DNA of 63,720 nt, counting the filler, from Octopus bimaculoides (Eukaryota): NCBI RefSeq assembly GCF_001194135.2. It is 4 parts of 4 records of this genome, joined end to end, with 100 filler letters (N's around TTAATTAATTAA, not from the genome) between each part and the next. Parts side by side here need not be neighbours in the genome. Positions count along the whole stretch, not along the records: positions 1 to 18,250 come from NC_069008.1; 3 more parts are not named here. One strand, 5' to 3'. This document shows, piece after piece, positions 1-12,181 of this stretch. Position 1 is the stretch's first letter. The number at the start of each line of letters is the position of its first letter. The notes under the pieces are model-generated. The model had not been told where the DNA came from, did not search any database, and saw only the letters and a list, made by a program, of their open reading frames with translations. A program made the position numbers and the translations under genes.

Positions 1-264
1 ATGTGTGTGTATATATATGTATATGTGTGTGTATGTGTATATATATATGTGTGTGTGTATGTGTATATAATATATAAATAATTTTATGCATATATATATA
101 TGTATATATATATATGCATGTATATATATATGTATATGTGTATATATATATATATATGCATGTAGATATATATGTATATGTGTATATATGTGTCTAGATA
201 TGTATGTAAATATGTATCTGTGTGTCTATATATGTATGCGTGCATGTATCTATATATATATGTC

Positions 265-301
<37 letters not shown>

Positions 302-686
302 GACAGATATCAACTGATTTCACTGTTTCCCTAGTGTGTGTGTGTGTGTGTTTGTGCATATGTATGCATATGTGTGTGTACTTTGTAAGCATCAGCCCAT
401 GTGTTGGATGAGAAAGGTCCCGCAGACGATTGGTGCAACACTGCAAGACTTATCCAACATAATAATACAACCAGCATCGGAAGAAATTAAAAAAGATGAA
501 AGAAACCTGAAGATGGTGATGATGATTATTATTATTATTATTATTACTATTATTGATGTTATTGTTGTTTATTAATATTGTTGTTATTAATGATATTGTT
601 ATTGTTGTTGTCTCTTGTTTTGGGGGTTTTTTTTTTTTTAATATGTATGTGTTGCTGCAGATGTGGCTGTGTGGTAAGAAGTTTGC

Positions 687-913
687 GTCGAGCTGGCGGA
701 ATCGTTAGCACGCCGGGCGAAATGCTTAGCGGTATTTCGTCTGCCGCTACGTTCTGAGTTCAAATTCCGCCGAGGTCGACTTAGCCTTTCATCCTTTCAG
801 GGTCGATCAAATAAGTACCAGTTACGCACTGGGGGTCGATATAATCGACTTAACCCCTTTGTCTGTCCTTGTTTGTCCCCTCTATGTTTAGCCCCTTGTG
901 GGCAATAACGAAA
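687..913 (+). mobile_element. SINE family B (GAGCTGGCAGAA...GTCGACTTTGCCTTTCATCCTTTCGGGGTCGAT), here nested in a family A head; about 17 copies in the window
   Basis: 12-bp TSD TAAGAAGTTTGC at 675-686 and 914-925 splits a family A SINE. Other copies at 13141-13510, 13965-14545, 24120-24330, 41960-42180, 52815-53445, 62773-62975. Confidence 0.85.
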
Positions 914-1301
914 TAAGAAGTTTGCTTCCCAACCACATGGTTCTAGGTTCAGTCCCACTGCGTGGCACCTTGGGCAAGTGTCTTCTACTATAGACTTGGG
1001 CCNNNNNNNNNNNNNNNNNNNNNNNNNNNNNNNNNNNNNNNNNNNNNNNNNNNNNNNNNNNNNNNNNNNNNNNNNNNNNNNNNNNNNNNNNNNNNNNNNN
1101 NNNNNNNNNNNNNNNNNNNNNNNNNNNNNNNNNNNNNNNNNNNNTTCAGTTTCTGTCTACCAAATCCACTCACAAGGCTTTGGTTGGTCCAAGTCTATAG
1201 TAGAAGACACTTTCCTAAGGTGCCATGCAGTGGGACTGGACCTGGAACCATGTGGTTGGTAAACAAGCTTCTTACCACACAGCCATGCCTGCACCTATAT
1301 G

Positions 1302-1340
<39 letters not shown>

Positions 1341-1783
1341 TCGCAATGGGCTTCTTTCAGTTTCCATCTACCAAATCCACTCACAAGGCTTTGGCCGGCT
1401 TGATGCTATAGTAGAAGACACTTGACTTGCCCAAGGTTCCACATGGTGGGACTGAGCAAGGAACCATGTGGTTGGAAAGCAAACTTCTTACCACACAGCC
1501 ACACCTGCACCCAAACAAGTTAATATAAGAGTTGCAAGAGGTTTTCACATACTAGGCTTGGTGTCAGGCAATGAGTAAATGGATGCTATACATACACAGA
1601 AGAATCACAGAGAAAGGGGAGAAGAAGCAAAAGAAAGGAGTAAATATTTTGAGGGTTTTTTTTCGGAAATTTTTATCCATTTCATTATTTTGGATAAAGA
1701 CCAAAAAATTTGATAGGAGATTAATAATAACCGCTGTATCTTATTTACAGCAGCACACCTGTTTCTGTTCTCATTCTTGATCA

Positions 1784-1815
<32 letters not shown>

Positions 1816-3279
1816 TTCTGGCCAGGTAACCATGTACCTCCTCTGCAGCAAGCACTGTCACATTCCAACCTTTCATCATCAGCCACAAGGTCACCTCCTC
1901 CAATGCCCCATCCCTTCTCAAAGGATCTTTATTTTACAAAGTTATTTGGTGACCCTGCCAAAGCTGGTGCCATGTTAAAAGCATCCAGTCCCCACTGTAA
2001 AGTGGTTGGCATTTTGAAGGGCATCCGGCTGTAAAAAACCATGCCAAAATTGACCTCGCTTGAGCCGGAGCCATATAAAAAGCACTGTCCACTCTATAGT
2101 GGGGTTGGTATTTGGAAGGGCATCCAGCTGTAAAAACTGTCAAAGCAGACATAGAAAGTCTGGTGTAGGCCTCTGCCAGCTCCTATCAAACCATCCAGTC
2201 AATGCTATCATGCAAGGAGGATGTTAAATGATGTTGGCATGTATGTAGGCCATATTGCCTGATGTTATCATCATCATCGTCATCGTTTAACGTCCGCTTT
2301 CCATGCTGGCATGGGTTGGACGATTTGACTGAGGACTGGTGAAACCAGAAGGCTGCACCAGGCTCCAATCTGATGTGGCAGAGTTTCTACAGCTGGATGC
2401 CCTTCCTAACGCCAATTGTCAATGGTAGCCAAATGTAATGTATCTTGAATGGTACAATAATGCAGAGTGGACTACAATAACTTATAATTTGATTATTCAT
2501 AGTCTGATATGATATTTTGGAATATAAAAATTCCTTCTTCAGATATTGCTGGGGTTTGATCGAGTCGCTGCTATAATCGGTTTTCAAACGGTTACTTTTT
2601 AACTTTCACATCATATGATCTCTATTGAGGAACAAACGCAGACACAAAGACAAACACACACACATACTTATATTTATACAACAGGCTTCCTTCAGTTTCC
2701 GTCTACCAAACCCTCTCACAAAGCCTTGGTTGGCCTGAGATTATAGTAGACCCTTGTCCAAGGTGCCATGCAGTGGGGCTGAACCAGGAACAATGTGGTT
2801 GGGAAACAAACTTCTTACCACACAAACGCACAGATACACATGACAGGCTTCTTTCAGTTTCCACCTATCATTCACAAGGCTTTGGTTGGCCTGATGTTAT
2901 AGTAGTAGACAGTTGTCCTAGGTGCCATACAGTGGGACTGAACCTGGGACCATGTGATTGGGAAGCAAGCTTTTTACGACACAGCCACTCCTGCACCTGT
3001 ATATAACACTTTAGGTAACACTAGTAATAATAATAATAGTGATGATAATAATTTCTTTCTGGCCCACAAGGGGATAAACGTAGAGGGGACAGACAAACGG
3101 ATTAAGTTGATTACATCGGCCCCAGTACATAACTGGTACTTATTTAATCGACCTCAAAACGATAAAAGGCAATGTTGGCCACTGGAATTTGATCTCAGAA
3201 CGTAAACATGGACGGGATGCCACTGAGCCATTTGCCCAGTGAGTTAGCAATTCTACCTGTTCACTGCCTTAATAATAAT

Positions 3280-3620
3280 AGAGTGAAGATTGTGCCAATT
3301 ATTTCTGGGTCCTTGGGGACAGTTTCAGAAGGCATCAAGGGGAATAGAAAGGAAATTGGAATTAGGGTGCCCAGTAGAACTGTTACAAAAGGTTTGCCTC
3401 CTTGGCATGCCCAGATTAATCAGGAAAGTATGAGATAATTGAAAAGAACGGATAGCATGGTTCCGTAGGCTGCAGGTAGCAAGACTCCAGGAGCTCCCAG
3501 AAAACCTGTGATAAAGAGAAATAATAATAATAATAATAATTGGAAATCAGAATAGAGTGCCCAGTAGAACTGTTACAAAAGGTTTCCCTCCTTGGCATGG
3601 CCAGAATAATCGGGAAAGTC
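3280..3620 (+). mobile_element. Two tandem RLE-LINE C-terminal fragments
   Basis: VKIVPIISGSLG...; the ~65-bp segment gtgcccagtagaactgttacaaaagg...ggaaagt occurs twice (~3367 and ~3557). Confidence 0.65.
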
Positions 3621-5922
3621 AAAACTCCAGGAATTCCAAGAAAACCAGAGTTAAAAGAATCACAAAAATGGTTTCAAATTTTAGCACAAGGCCAGCAGTT
3701 TAGGGGTCGCAGGTAAGTTTGTTACATTGACCTCAGTGTTCAACGGATGCTTATTTTATCGACCCCACAAAGATGAAAAGCAAAAATCAACATTGGTGGA
3801 ATTTGAACTCAGGGATTTAAAGACAGATGAAATGCCGCTGAGCATTTTGTCTAGCATACTCTTTTACTTGTTTCAGTCATTGACTGTGGCCATGCTGGAA
3901 CACCACCTTTATAGTCGAGCAAATCGACCCCAGAGCTTATTCTTTGTAAGCCTAGTACTTATTCTATCGGTCTCTTTTGCCGAACTGCTAAATTATGGGG
4001 ACATAAACACACCAGCATAGGTTGTCAGGCAATGCTGGTGGGACAAACAGACACACAAACACACATATACATATATATATATATACATATATACGACAGG
4101 CTTCTTCCAGTTTCCATCTACCAAATCCACTCACAAGGCTTTGGTCGGGGACCGAGTCTATAGTAGAAGACACTTGTCCAAGGTGCCACGCAGTGGGACT
4201 GAACCCGGGACCATGTGGCTGGTAAGCAAGCTACTTACCACACAGCCACTCCTGCGCCTAACAATTCTAATAGATTGCCACCTTGATAACAACACTAATG
4301 ATATGCAGGTAAAAAAAAAAAAACATAGAAAAGAGCTTGAAATATGCTGAATTAAACTTTGAGACATCAACATTGGAGGGGTTCCCATCAGCAAGAAAAC
4401 AGTGAATCATATAGCAAAAAGGTTAGATATGTGTAAATATTGACAGATAATTATGAAATTTGTATTTTTTAAGTGATCTCATATGAGATCACTGCTAGGT
4501 AATGGGTTAAGATAGTAATCTCTGATCTGAGAGAGATGTGGCTGCTGTTTTTAATGAATCAAGGACTACATTATTCAATCTCATTAACCCATTTACTGTG
4601 GAAACGAGATATATCCACTCAAATTTCATTACCCTAAACGACAGAAAGGCAGTTTTATATACCATTCTATCTATTTTTGCAGAAGGTCATGTTTGAAACT
4701 AATTTTTTGGTGAAATATGTCAAATTTATTGAGGCAACTTGCCCAAGGTGCCACATAGTGAGACTGAACCCAAACAAAACACAGGAGTCAATGTCAATTA
4801 AAACAATAGATAACGACTAAATGCCAATGAGAAAGGTTTCCAGCAGCTTTAAGATGGGGTGGTGATAATTTGTTGTATTCATATGTGGGTGTCGTATGGA
4901 GACGGTTGGGGTTGATTTGTGTGGCGAGGAAGGCCTTATAAGGACATTGCAAAAAACAAAAAATTTTGTGGGAGTAGGGTTTTTTTTTTACATTCCATTG
5001 TGATATGGGGACAAAGAAACAAATAATTCAAGTGATGTGAAATAGGTTATTGAGATCTATATATGTGTGTGTGTACCTGTATGTATATGTTGGGCCTCAT
5101 GGAGGCGATGACAAGTGAGTGAGGCGTCTGGCGATATACTGAGTTTGAGAAGAATCGTCAAGCTAAGTGAAACAGTAGTTGTGGTCAATGCTGGTGTCAC
5201 ATGACTGGCACACGTGCCGGTGGAACATAGAAGCACTTTTACCAGCAGCACGTGAAAAACACCCATTACACTCTTGGAGTGGTTGGCGTGGGTGCTAGTT
5301 ACGCAACCCCAGCATCTGTCAGATTGCTTCCGTGAGGCCGCCACACTCAAAAGATGCTTCTTACATGCCGCTGGCACAGGTGCCAGTTATGTGACACCGG
5401 CATCGGCCACGACTGTGATTTCACTTGGCTTGATGGGTCTTCTCAAGCACTGCATATCGCCAAAGTTCTCGGTCACTAGTCATTGTCTCCACGAGGCCCA
5501 ACGTTCGAAGATCATGCTTCACCACCTCGTCTTCCTGGGTCTGCCTCTCCCACGGGCTCCCTCCACAGCCTTGCAGGTGCCAATGTTAATTATTAAAGTG
5601 TAATTATGAAGTTAATCACAAACTCATCCCTTTCCGTAACAGCTGTTGCTACACAGAGAGCAATAGATTTTAATACTATCCATGAAGGACGAACACAAAA
5701 TGGACAGTACAATACGATCTGGAGGTTATATAATACGAAATGGGAATAAAATTAATATAAACATGAATACATCGAATGTGACACAAAAGACAATAACTAA
5801 CGTTGAGGACAAAATGAGGTTAAACAGACAGTCCGACCCCACGAGCTCTGCTGAGAGCAATAGCACGTGAAATAGATGGTGTCACCAGTAAGTTCTAGTA
5901 ACAGCCCTAGGCAGTTAATATA

Positions 5923-6137
5923 GGTACTACTAAAGCAGCGCGGACCCGAACGCACAGTCGCGCGTCCGCCCTAGCTAGTCTTGAGTGGTCGATCCTAACC
6001 CTAACCCTAACCCTATCCCTAACCCTAACCCTATCCCTAACCCGCGTGTGCAAATGAATACGTGTTTAGGGTTAGGGTTAGGATCGACCACTCACGACTA
6101 GCTAGCGCGGACGGGTCCGCGCTGCTTTAGTAGTACC
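5923..6137. mobile_element. Fold-back MITE (Mutator/MULE-like) containing telomeric repeats
   Basis: Perfect 25-bp TIR GGTACTACTAAAGCAGCGCGGACCC, extended by imperfect inner arms. 9-bp TSD GTTAATATA at 5914-5922 and 6138-6146. (CCCTAA)n at 5994-6043 faces (TTAGGG)n at 6066-6082. Confidence 0.85.
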
Positions 6138-6468
6138 GTTAATATATTTATCTAATTTACCACTGGGGCACATAAACCCAACATGGTCCCTGTAGCTGAC
6201 GAAGCTGTCCTGTGGTGGTCACTCAGTTTGCTAGAAATAACAGCCGAATCTCTTCTTGCAAACTACAAACCACTTTTTGAGAGAAAGTGGGATACATTGA
6301 AATATGTAGTTGCTGGGACACAGTGTCTGAAGATAAATGGGATGGTCAAGGCTGGAGGACTTTTGATAATTAGTCTGCTCTGTCAGACCCAGTTCAAACC
6401 ATGTCTAAATCATCACAGCTACCATTGCAATCTTATAGCCTGCTGTTTCTAGCGCGCGCGTATGTGTA

Positions 6469-6798
6469 AGAGAGAGAGACAGAGTGAAATGTACTCTAAA
6501 GTTGGTGAAAGGGGAGATAATCATGGGCTGGAGTCGGGTTGTTTATTCATTCCTATGACAATCTTATGACATGGACGGAACATTAAATGATGTAGCCCTA
6601 GATACACTGTGTTGGAATAAATGACGGGATGATCATAGTTGGAATATCTTTAATTGTAGGTCTGCTAGATTCTACATCATTTAATGTTCCGTCCATGTCA
6701 TAAGATTGTCATAGGAATGAATAAACGACTAGACTCCAGCCCATAATTATCTCCCCTTTGACCAACTTTAGCGTATATCTCACTCTGTCTCTCTCTCT
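6469..6798. repeat. Long local inverted duplication (~127-bp arms, 76-nt loop)
   Basis: 6541-6595 is the exact reverse complement of 6672-6726 (55 bp). Pairing extends with mismatches to 6469/6798. Confidence 0.92.
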
Positions 6799-6812
6799 CT
6801 CTCACACACACA

Positions 6813-7080
6813 CAGGGGGTTTCAAATTTTTTGATTTGCGGACCCCTTTATATTTCAGGCTTTACTCTTATAAACGCTTATGAAATTTATACATAAATAT
6901 TTGCTTAAAATAACATATATTTTTACATTTATTGATTTAACAGTATTTAACAAACAGGTTTATTGTCAATTAAAAGATTTCGATTAAAAAACATGTATAA
7001 GATCAAATTGCCCATAAAAAGTATTTGCTGTCCACGGACCCCCTGTCTTGTCCTTGCGGACCACAGTTTGAAAATCGCTG
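6813..7080. mobile_element. hAT-type MITE
   Basis: Imperfect TIRs CAGGGGGTTTCAAA / TTTGAAAATCGCTG with GCGGACC subterminal motifs. 8-bp TGCTAGAT follows the right end and recurs at 6663-6670. Confidence 0.65.
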
Positions 7081-7329
7081 TGCTAGATGAAGGTTACCTG
7101 ATGAAGGCATTGATGGAACATTAAATAATGTAGTCCTAGATACACTGTATCAAAATAAATGACAGGGTGGCGATAGTTGGATGGCTTCTGAAGGTAGATC
7201 AGTTAGAACATGACTGACCATGGTTTAACCAATAAAAAGCACATGAAATTTTGTAGTCTTCAATACCCTAAGACTGAAAAAAAGACGGCCTTTTGGTCCA
7301 AAGGGAAGTTTTGTTTTTATTGTTAAAAT

Positions 7330-7562
7330 TCATCCGAGTTTCCGTTAGGACGAACTTACAGATCGTATCCCGAATTTTGCCGTCAAACGTAACAATTCCT
7401 ACGAGTGCTTCGTAACGCGAGGTTGCTTGGTCGCGCGCAAGTGTATACACACACACACACACACACATACATTAGCGACAGAAGTGATACAAACAGGGAA
7501 ACAGAACACAAAACACGAGTATAAACATATTTTTCATTATTATTGAGCAACGTTTGGTAAGT
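7330..7562. promoter_or_regulatory. CpG-rich putative bidirectional promoter with divergent non-coding first exons
   Basis: Locally high CpG density (cgcgcgc at ~7432). Perfect GTAAGT donor on + at 7557 and on - at 7359-7354. Lies 1.8 kb upstream of the HAUS3 acceptor at 9303. Confidence 0.5.
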
Positions 7563-7631
7563 GTCAATATACGAAACTTTCGGACCTTGAATCACTCAGT
7601 AATTTCTGCTGATTTAATAATAAGATATGTA

Positions 7632-7880
7632 CAGGCATACCTCAGTTTACGTCGGCAACTGGCTGGAAGACATTCGACTTAATTCGGAAAACTACGTTAA
7701 AAGAAAATTTATTGCTTTATATCTGTTTTACTAAATAGTGTGTACATATTTTCATATGTATTTCATTGGATTTTTTTTACTTCAGTATCGGCTTTTAGGT
7801 GTTTTTTTAAAAAATATTTATGTATTTAAAATATATTCGCTGAGACCGACGTAAAGTCGATAAAGACGTAACTCGAAACG
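7632..7880. mobile_element. pogo/Tigger-like MITE fragment
   Basis: TA followed by CAGGCATACCTCAGTTTACGTCG, with a partial inverted CGACGTAAAG near 7848. Right end not found. Confidence 0.35.
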
Positions 7881-8289
7881 GCGTTAGTTGTGATGTGTGT
7901 GTATGTGAAATTAACGTGCAAGTGGCTGAGCACTCCACAGACACATGTACCCTTAACGTAGTTCTCGGGGATATTCAGCGTGACACAGAGTGTGACAAGG
8001 CTGACCCTTTGAATTACAGGCACAACAGAAACAGGAAGAAAGAGTGAAAGAGTACAGCAGGGTTCGCCACCATCCCCTGCCGGAGCCTCGTGGAGCTTTA
8101 GGTGTTTTCACTCAATAAACACTCACAACGCCCGATCTGGGAATCGAAACCGCGAGTCCACTGTCCTAACCACAAGGCCATTGCGCCTCCATCTACATAC
8201 ATATATATATACACACACACACATATGAAGACATAAAATTAAAGCAGTAAATATAATGCTGTCTTTTGGTTGGTCGAAATAAAGTCAAA

Positions 8290-8449
8290 TTTTATCCAAT
8301 CAAATCACTCCGATTGACAAATAGCGGTTTATACAAACTTTCTACGGAGGACCGTCAAGATGTGGATTAATCACAGATCATCGACTTATTGATTGTCATC
8401 GAATTTACTGATTATATATCGGAGATAACATTTACAGAAACCAGTAAGT
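8290..8449 (+). promoter_or_regulatory. Possible alternative HAUS3 promoter and 5' UTR exon
   Basis: CCAATC (~8296) and reverse GATTG (~8312) CCAAT-like boxes, followed by unique CpG-containing sequence ending in a GTAAGT donor at 8444. Confidence 0.35.
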
Positions 8450-9305
8450 GTCTGTTTGATGATGTTATGAAATTGTGAATATTGTTTATTTTTCTATTGC
8501 CGCGCCATTTTTAGGATTTTTTTCAGCAATTAATTTAGTCGTTGTTTTTTTAGCCCTAGGCCGGACTTGATTGAGAACCCCGATGATCTGAGTATCAAAG
8601 TCTATATATGTATATATATATCCTTCAGGCATATTTTTTATCTAGGAGATTATATTATCTCATGTGTCTCTCGTAGGTTTGAGAGAGATGTGGCTGCTAT
8701 TACTAGCAGTTCTGACGGCGGAATTTTAGTTTAATCACCCCCATATAAGCCCTTATAGCTTGTATGTTTTTATTCTTTTACTTGTTTCAGTCATTTGACT
8801 GCGGCCCTGGGACTTATTCTTTGGAAGCCTAGTACTTATTCTATCGGGTCTCTTTTGCCGAACCGCTACATTACGGGGACCTAAGCACACCACCATCGGT
8901 TGTCAAGCGATATTGGGGGGGACAAATACAGACACATACACACACACAAACACACATATACATATATATACGACGGGCTTCTTTCAGTTTCCGTCTACCA
9001 AATCCCCTCACAAGGCTTTGGTCGGCCCGAGGCTATAGTAGAAGACACGTGCCCAAGGTGCCACGGAGTGGGACTGAACCTAGAATCATGTGGTTCGCAA
9101 GCAAGCTACTTAATACACAGCCAATGGAAATTGTAGTTGTGGTCGATGCCAGTAACACCTGACTGGCTCCCCATGCCGGCGGCTCGTAAAAGGCACACCA
9201 TCCAACCCATGCCAGCATGGAAAACGGACGTTAAACAATGATGATTCCCCACCTCTGTCTTTTGTCAACTATTTTATTATTATTTATATTCATGTGGTTC
9301 CAGAA

Positions 9306-9484
9306 ATGAGCGGAGACGCTTTTATGAACACCCTCCGCAATTTGCAGTATCCTAAAGCGGAGAAGCTGAGCGCTCAATTCTTTGATCGTCACTTTGCCAA
9401 CCAAGAGGCAACTCGGTCGTTTATCACCTGGTTTTGCAAGACCCTTAATTCCAAGCATGTGGTGGCCCCTACAGAAATGCAAAG
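9306..9484 (+). CDS. HAUS3: HAUS augmin-like complex subunit 3, coding exon 1 (MSGDAFMNTLRNLQYPKAEKL...SFITWFCKTLNSKHVVAPTEMQ)
   Basis: The peptide matches the HAUS3 N-terminus as I recall it (human MSCGNEFVETLKKIGYPKADNL...SFLKWFCGNVNEQNVL). Acceptor ttccag ends at 9303, ATG at 9306, donor GTAAGC at 9485 (phase 2). Confidence 0.93.
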
Positions 9485-10963
9485 GTAAGCAAATGGATCC
9501 TAATAGAAACCTTTTTTATATATTACATTTATTTTTTGTTATTTTTCACTAGTTTCAGCCATGAGAATACGGCCATGCCTCGATTTTTTTTTGTTTTTTT
9601 TGTTAAGCCTGGTACTTATTCTATCAGTCTCTTTTGCTGAACTACTAAGTTACTGGTTATCAAGCAGTAGTGGGACACACACACACACACACATATATGA
9701 TGTGCTTCTTTTAGTTTCCGCCCACCAAATCCACTCGCAAGGCTTTGGTCGGCCCGAGGCTATAGTAGAAGACACTTACCCAAGGTGCCATGCTGTGGAA
9801 CTGAACCCAGAACTATTTGGTGAGGAAGCAAAATTCTTCCCACACAGCCACACCTGCACCTATATAGATATATATATTCTCTTCTTGTATTCTTTTACTT
9901 GTTTTTGTCATTTGACTGTGGCCATTCTGGAGCACCGCATTAAGTCAAGGAAATTGACCCTAGGACTTATTCTTTGGAAGCCTAGTACTTATTCTATCAG
10001 TCCTGGGGGTGATCGAGTTGGCTGAAGGCGGTGCTCCAGCATGGCCACAGTCAAATGACTGAAACAAGTAAAGGAATAAAGGGAAAAAAAAAGCAGCATG
10101 TTGTTGATTTCTCTACTCCGAGGTACTTAGCCTGTACTTCTGCCCCTGAAGACAGGTCAGCGCCTGTCGAACCCACGAAGCATTGGTCGGTTTGGGGCTA
10201 TAGTAGAAGATACTTGCCCAAGGTGCTGTGGTGGGACAAGAACTGAAACCATGTCGTTGCAACACACTGCACCAAGCGAGTTAGTAAAAGACTACAAGGG
10301 AGATAACTCTGAACTTGTTTTGGTACACTGACTTATTACTATAGATGAGAAGGGAAAATTCTTCACCAACGCCATTGGACCATCTGTTAATCGTATTGAC
10401 TTTTAGAAAAATGACCTTACCGAAATTGTGGAGCTCTGTCGGTTACGACAGGAGTTAGAATAAGAACAGCAATAAACGAAAAAAAAAAAAATTCCATCCT
10501 GAAATACAACAATATTTGTTTCAACACACAGATCCACATCAGAAATCTTGCAACACAAATTCATAAATGTAAAATTTTGTCATTATTAAGCTAGTAATTT
10601 AGAAGACACCTTAACATGAAATTTTGATCAAAGTTTTTAATTTAGATCGCTTTAACCCTTTTGTTACCATATTTCTGTTGAAATGTACTCTATTTTGTTT
10701 AAATTAATTTTGAAAATAATTAAGGATTTAAGAAAATAACTTTGTCATTATTAATCTAGTATTTAGAACATAAGATGAAATTCTTAAGGAAGTTTTTAAT
10801 TTAAATCATTTTGTCTTTGAGATTCAGTTCCAAAACAGAATTAAATGTGAACAGTTTCAAATTTATATCATTATTAGAATTGAAAAATTTAAAAAGCTTA
10901 TTAGGAACCAGTCTTTCCATGACAGTTGTTTGTTTTCATTATTATTTTTTTTTCTTTTATTAG

Positions 10964-11077
10964 GTTTGATCAACTGGTAGATTCTGGTGCCGAAATTCTT
11001 GAAGGGAGTAAATTGTCTGAAGCTTTAGTAGACATGAAAAAGAAAAAGGAACTTCTTGCATCAAAGGAAAAACTGCT
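10964..11077 (+). CDS. HAUS3: HAUS3 coding exon 2 (FDQLVDSGAEILEGSKLSEALVDMKKKKELLASKEKL)
   Basis: Polypyrimidine tract + TAG acceptor, GTGAGT donor, 114 nt, phase 2-2, in frame. ILEGxxLxEAL matches HAUS3 ILEGAALDEAL. Too short for the ORF track. Confidence 0.92.
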
Positions 11078-11178
11078 GTGAGTATTCAAATTTCTATAAG
11101 ACAACTGGGCTATCCTATGGCCATTTTTGTGCTAGAAAAGCTGATTTCTGCTAGTGTGTGTATATATATATATGTGTA

Positions 11179-11210
<32 letters not shown>

Positions 11211-11704
11211 CATACATACACACACATAGAGATGTGTCTGTATGGTAAGAAGCTTGCTTGCTTCCTAAGCACATGGTTCTGGGTTCAGTCCCACTGTGAG
11301 ATGTCTTCGGCAAGTGTCTTCTATGGACTTGGGGCAAGCAAAGCTTTGTGAGTGATTTTGGTAGACGGACGGTAACTGGAAGAATCCCGTCGTATATACA
11401 TACGTGTGTGTCTTTGTGTCAGCCTAACTCTGGTCTCTCTCTCTCTCTCTCTCTCTNNNNNNNNNNNNNNNNNNNNNNNNNNNNNNNNNNNNNNNNNNNN
11501 NNNNNNNNNNNNNNNNNNNNNNNNNNNNNNNNNNNNNNNNNNNNNNNNNNNNNNNNNNNNNNNNNNNNNNNNNNNNNNNNNNNNNNNNNNNNNNNNNNNN
11601 NNNNNNNNNNNNNNNNNNNNNNNNNNNNNNNNNNNNNNTACTATTTTATTTATTTATTTGCGTGAGAGGTGCAGACAGGGGGAGAGTGAGAACTGGGGGG
11701 ACAA

Positions 11705-11739
<35 letters not shown>

Positions 11740-12069
11740 CATATATACGACGGGCTTCTTTCAGTTTCCGTCTACCTAATCCACTCACAAGGCTTTGGTC
11801 GGCCAGAGGCTATAGTAGAAGACACTTTCCCAAGGTGCCATGCAGTGGGACTGAACCCGGAACCATGTGGTTGGTAAGCAAGCTACTTACCACACAGCCA
11901 CTCCTGCGCCTATGTATATGTATTAAAGAAAATATCCAGTGAGTATACAAAACCTCCAAAGCCATTAGAACATTTGCTGCAAATAGTAGTGAAGAATTAG
12001 AATAAGATGTATAAATTCTTCGATGAAATTTGATGCGTTTTTTTTTTTTGTTTCTATTTCTGTTTCTAG

Positions 12070-12181
12070 GCATCAGAACTCTGTGATTAGAGCACGCATC
12101 ACCAAAACTCATGTCTTGATTGAGAAGGCCCAGGATGACTACACCAAAGCTGAGCAGACCTGTTATGAAGATGCACATCTG
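12070..12181 (+). CDS. HAUS3: HAUS3 coding exon 3 (HQNSVIRARITKTHVLIEKAQDDYTKAEQTCYEDAHL)
   Basis: tttctag acceptor, GTATGT donor, 112 nt, phase 2-0, frame continuous; coiled-coil character. Confidence 0.88.

Noticed and set aside
4472-4493. Perfect 22-bp palindrome AGTGATCTCATATGAGATCACT
   Set aside because: Isolated, with no TSD or second copy; most likely a local template-switch product.
10144-10175. CTGAAGACAGG...CCTGTCGAAC as a hammerhead
   Set aside because: A stem is present, but the core spacing and GAAA are broken and there is no stem I or III partner.
11929-12010. Extra HAUS3 exon between coding exons 2 and 3
   Set aside because: All frames close before a phase-compatible donor, and exons 2 and 3 already join in frame.
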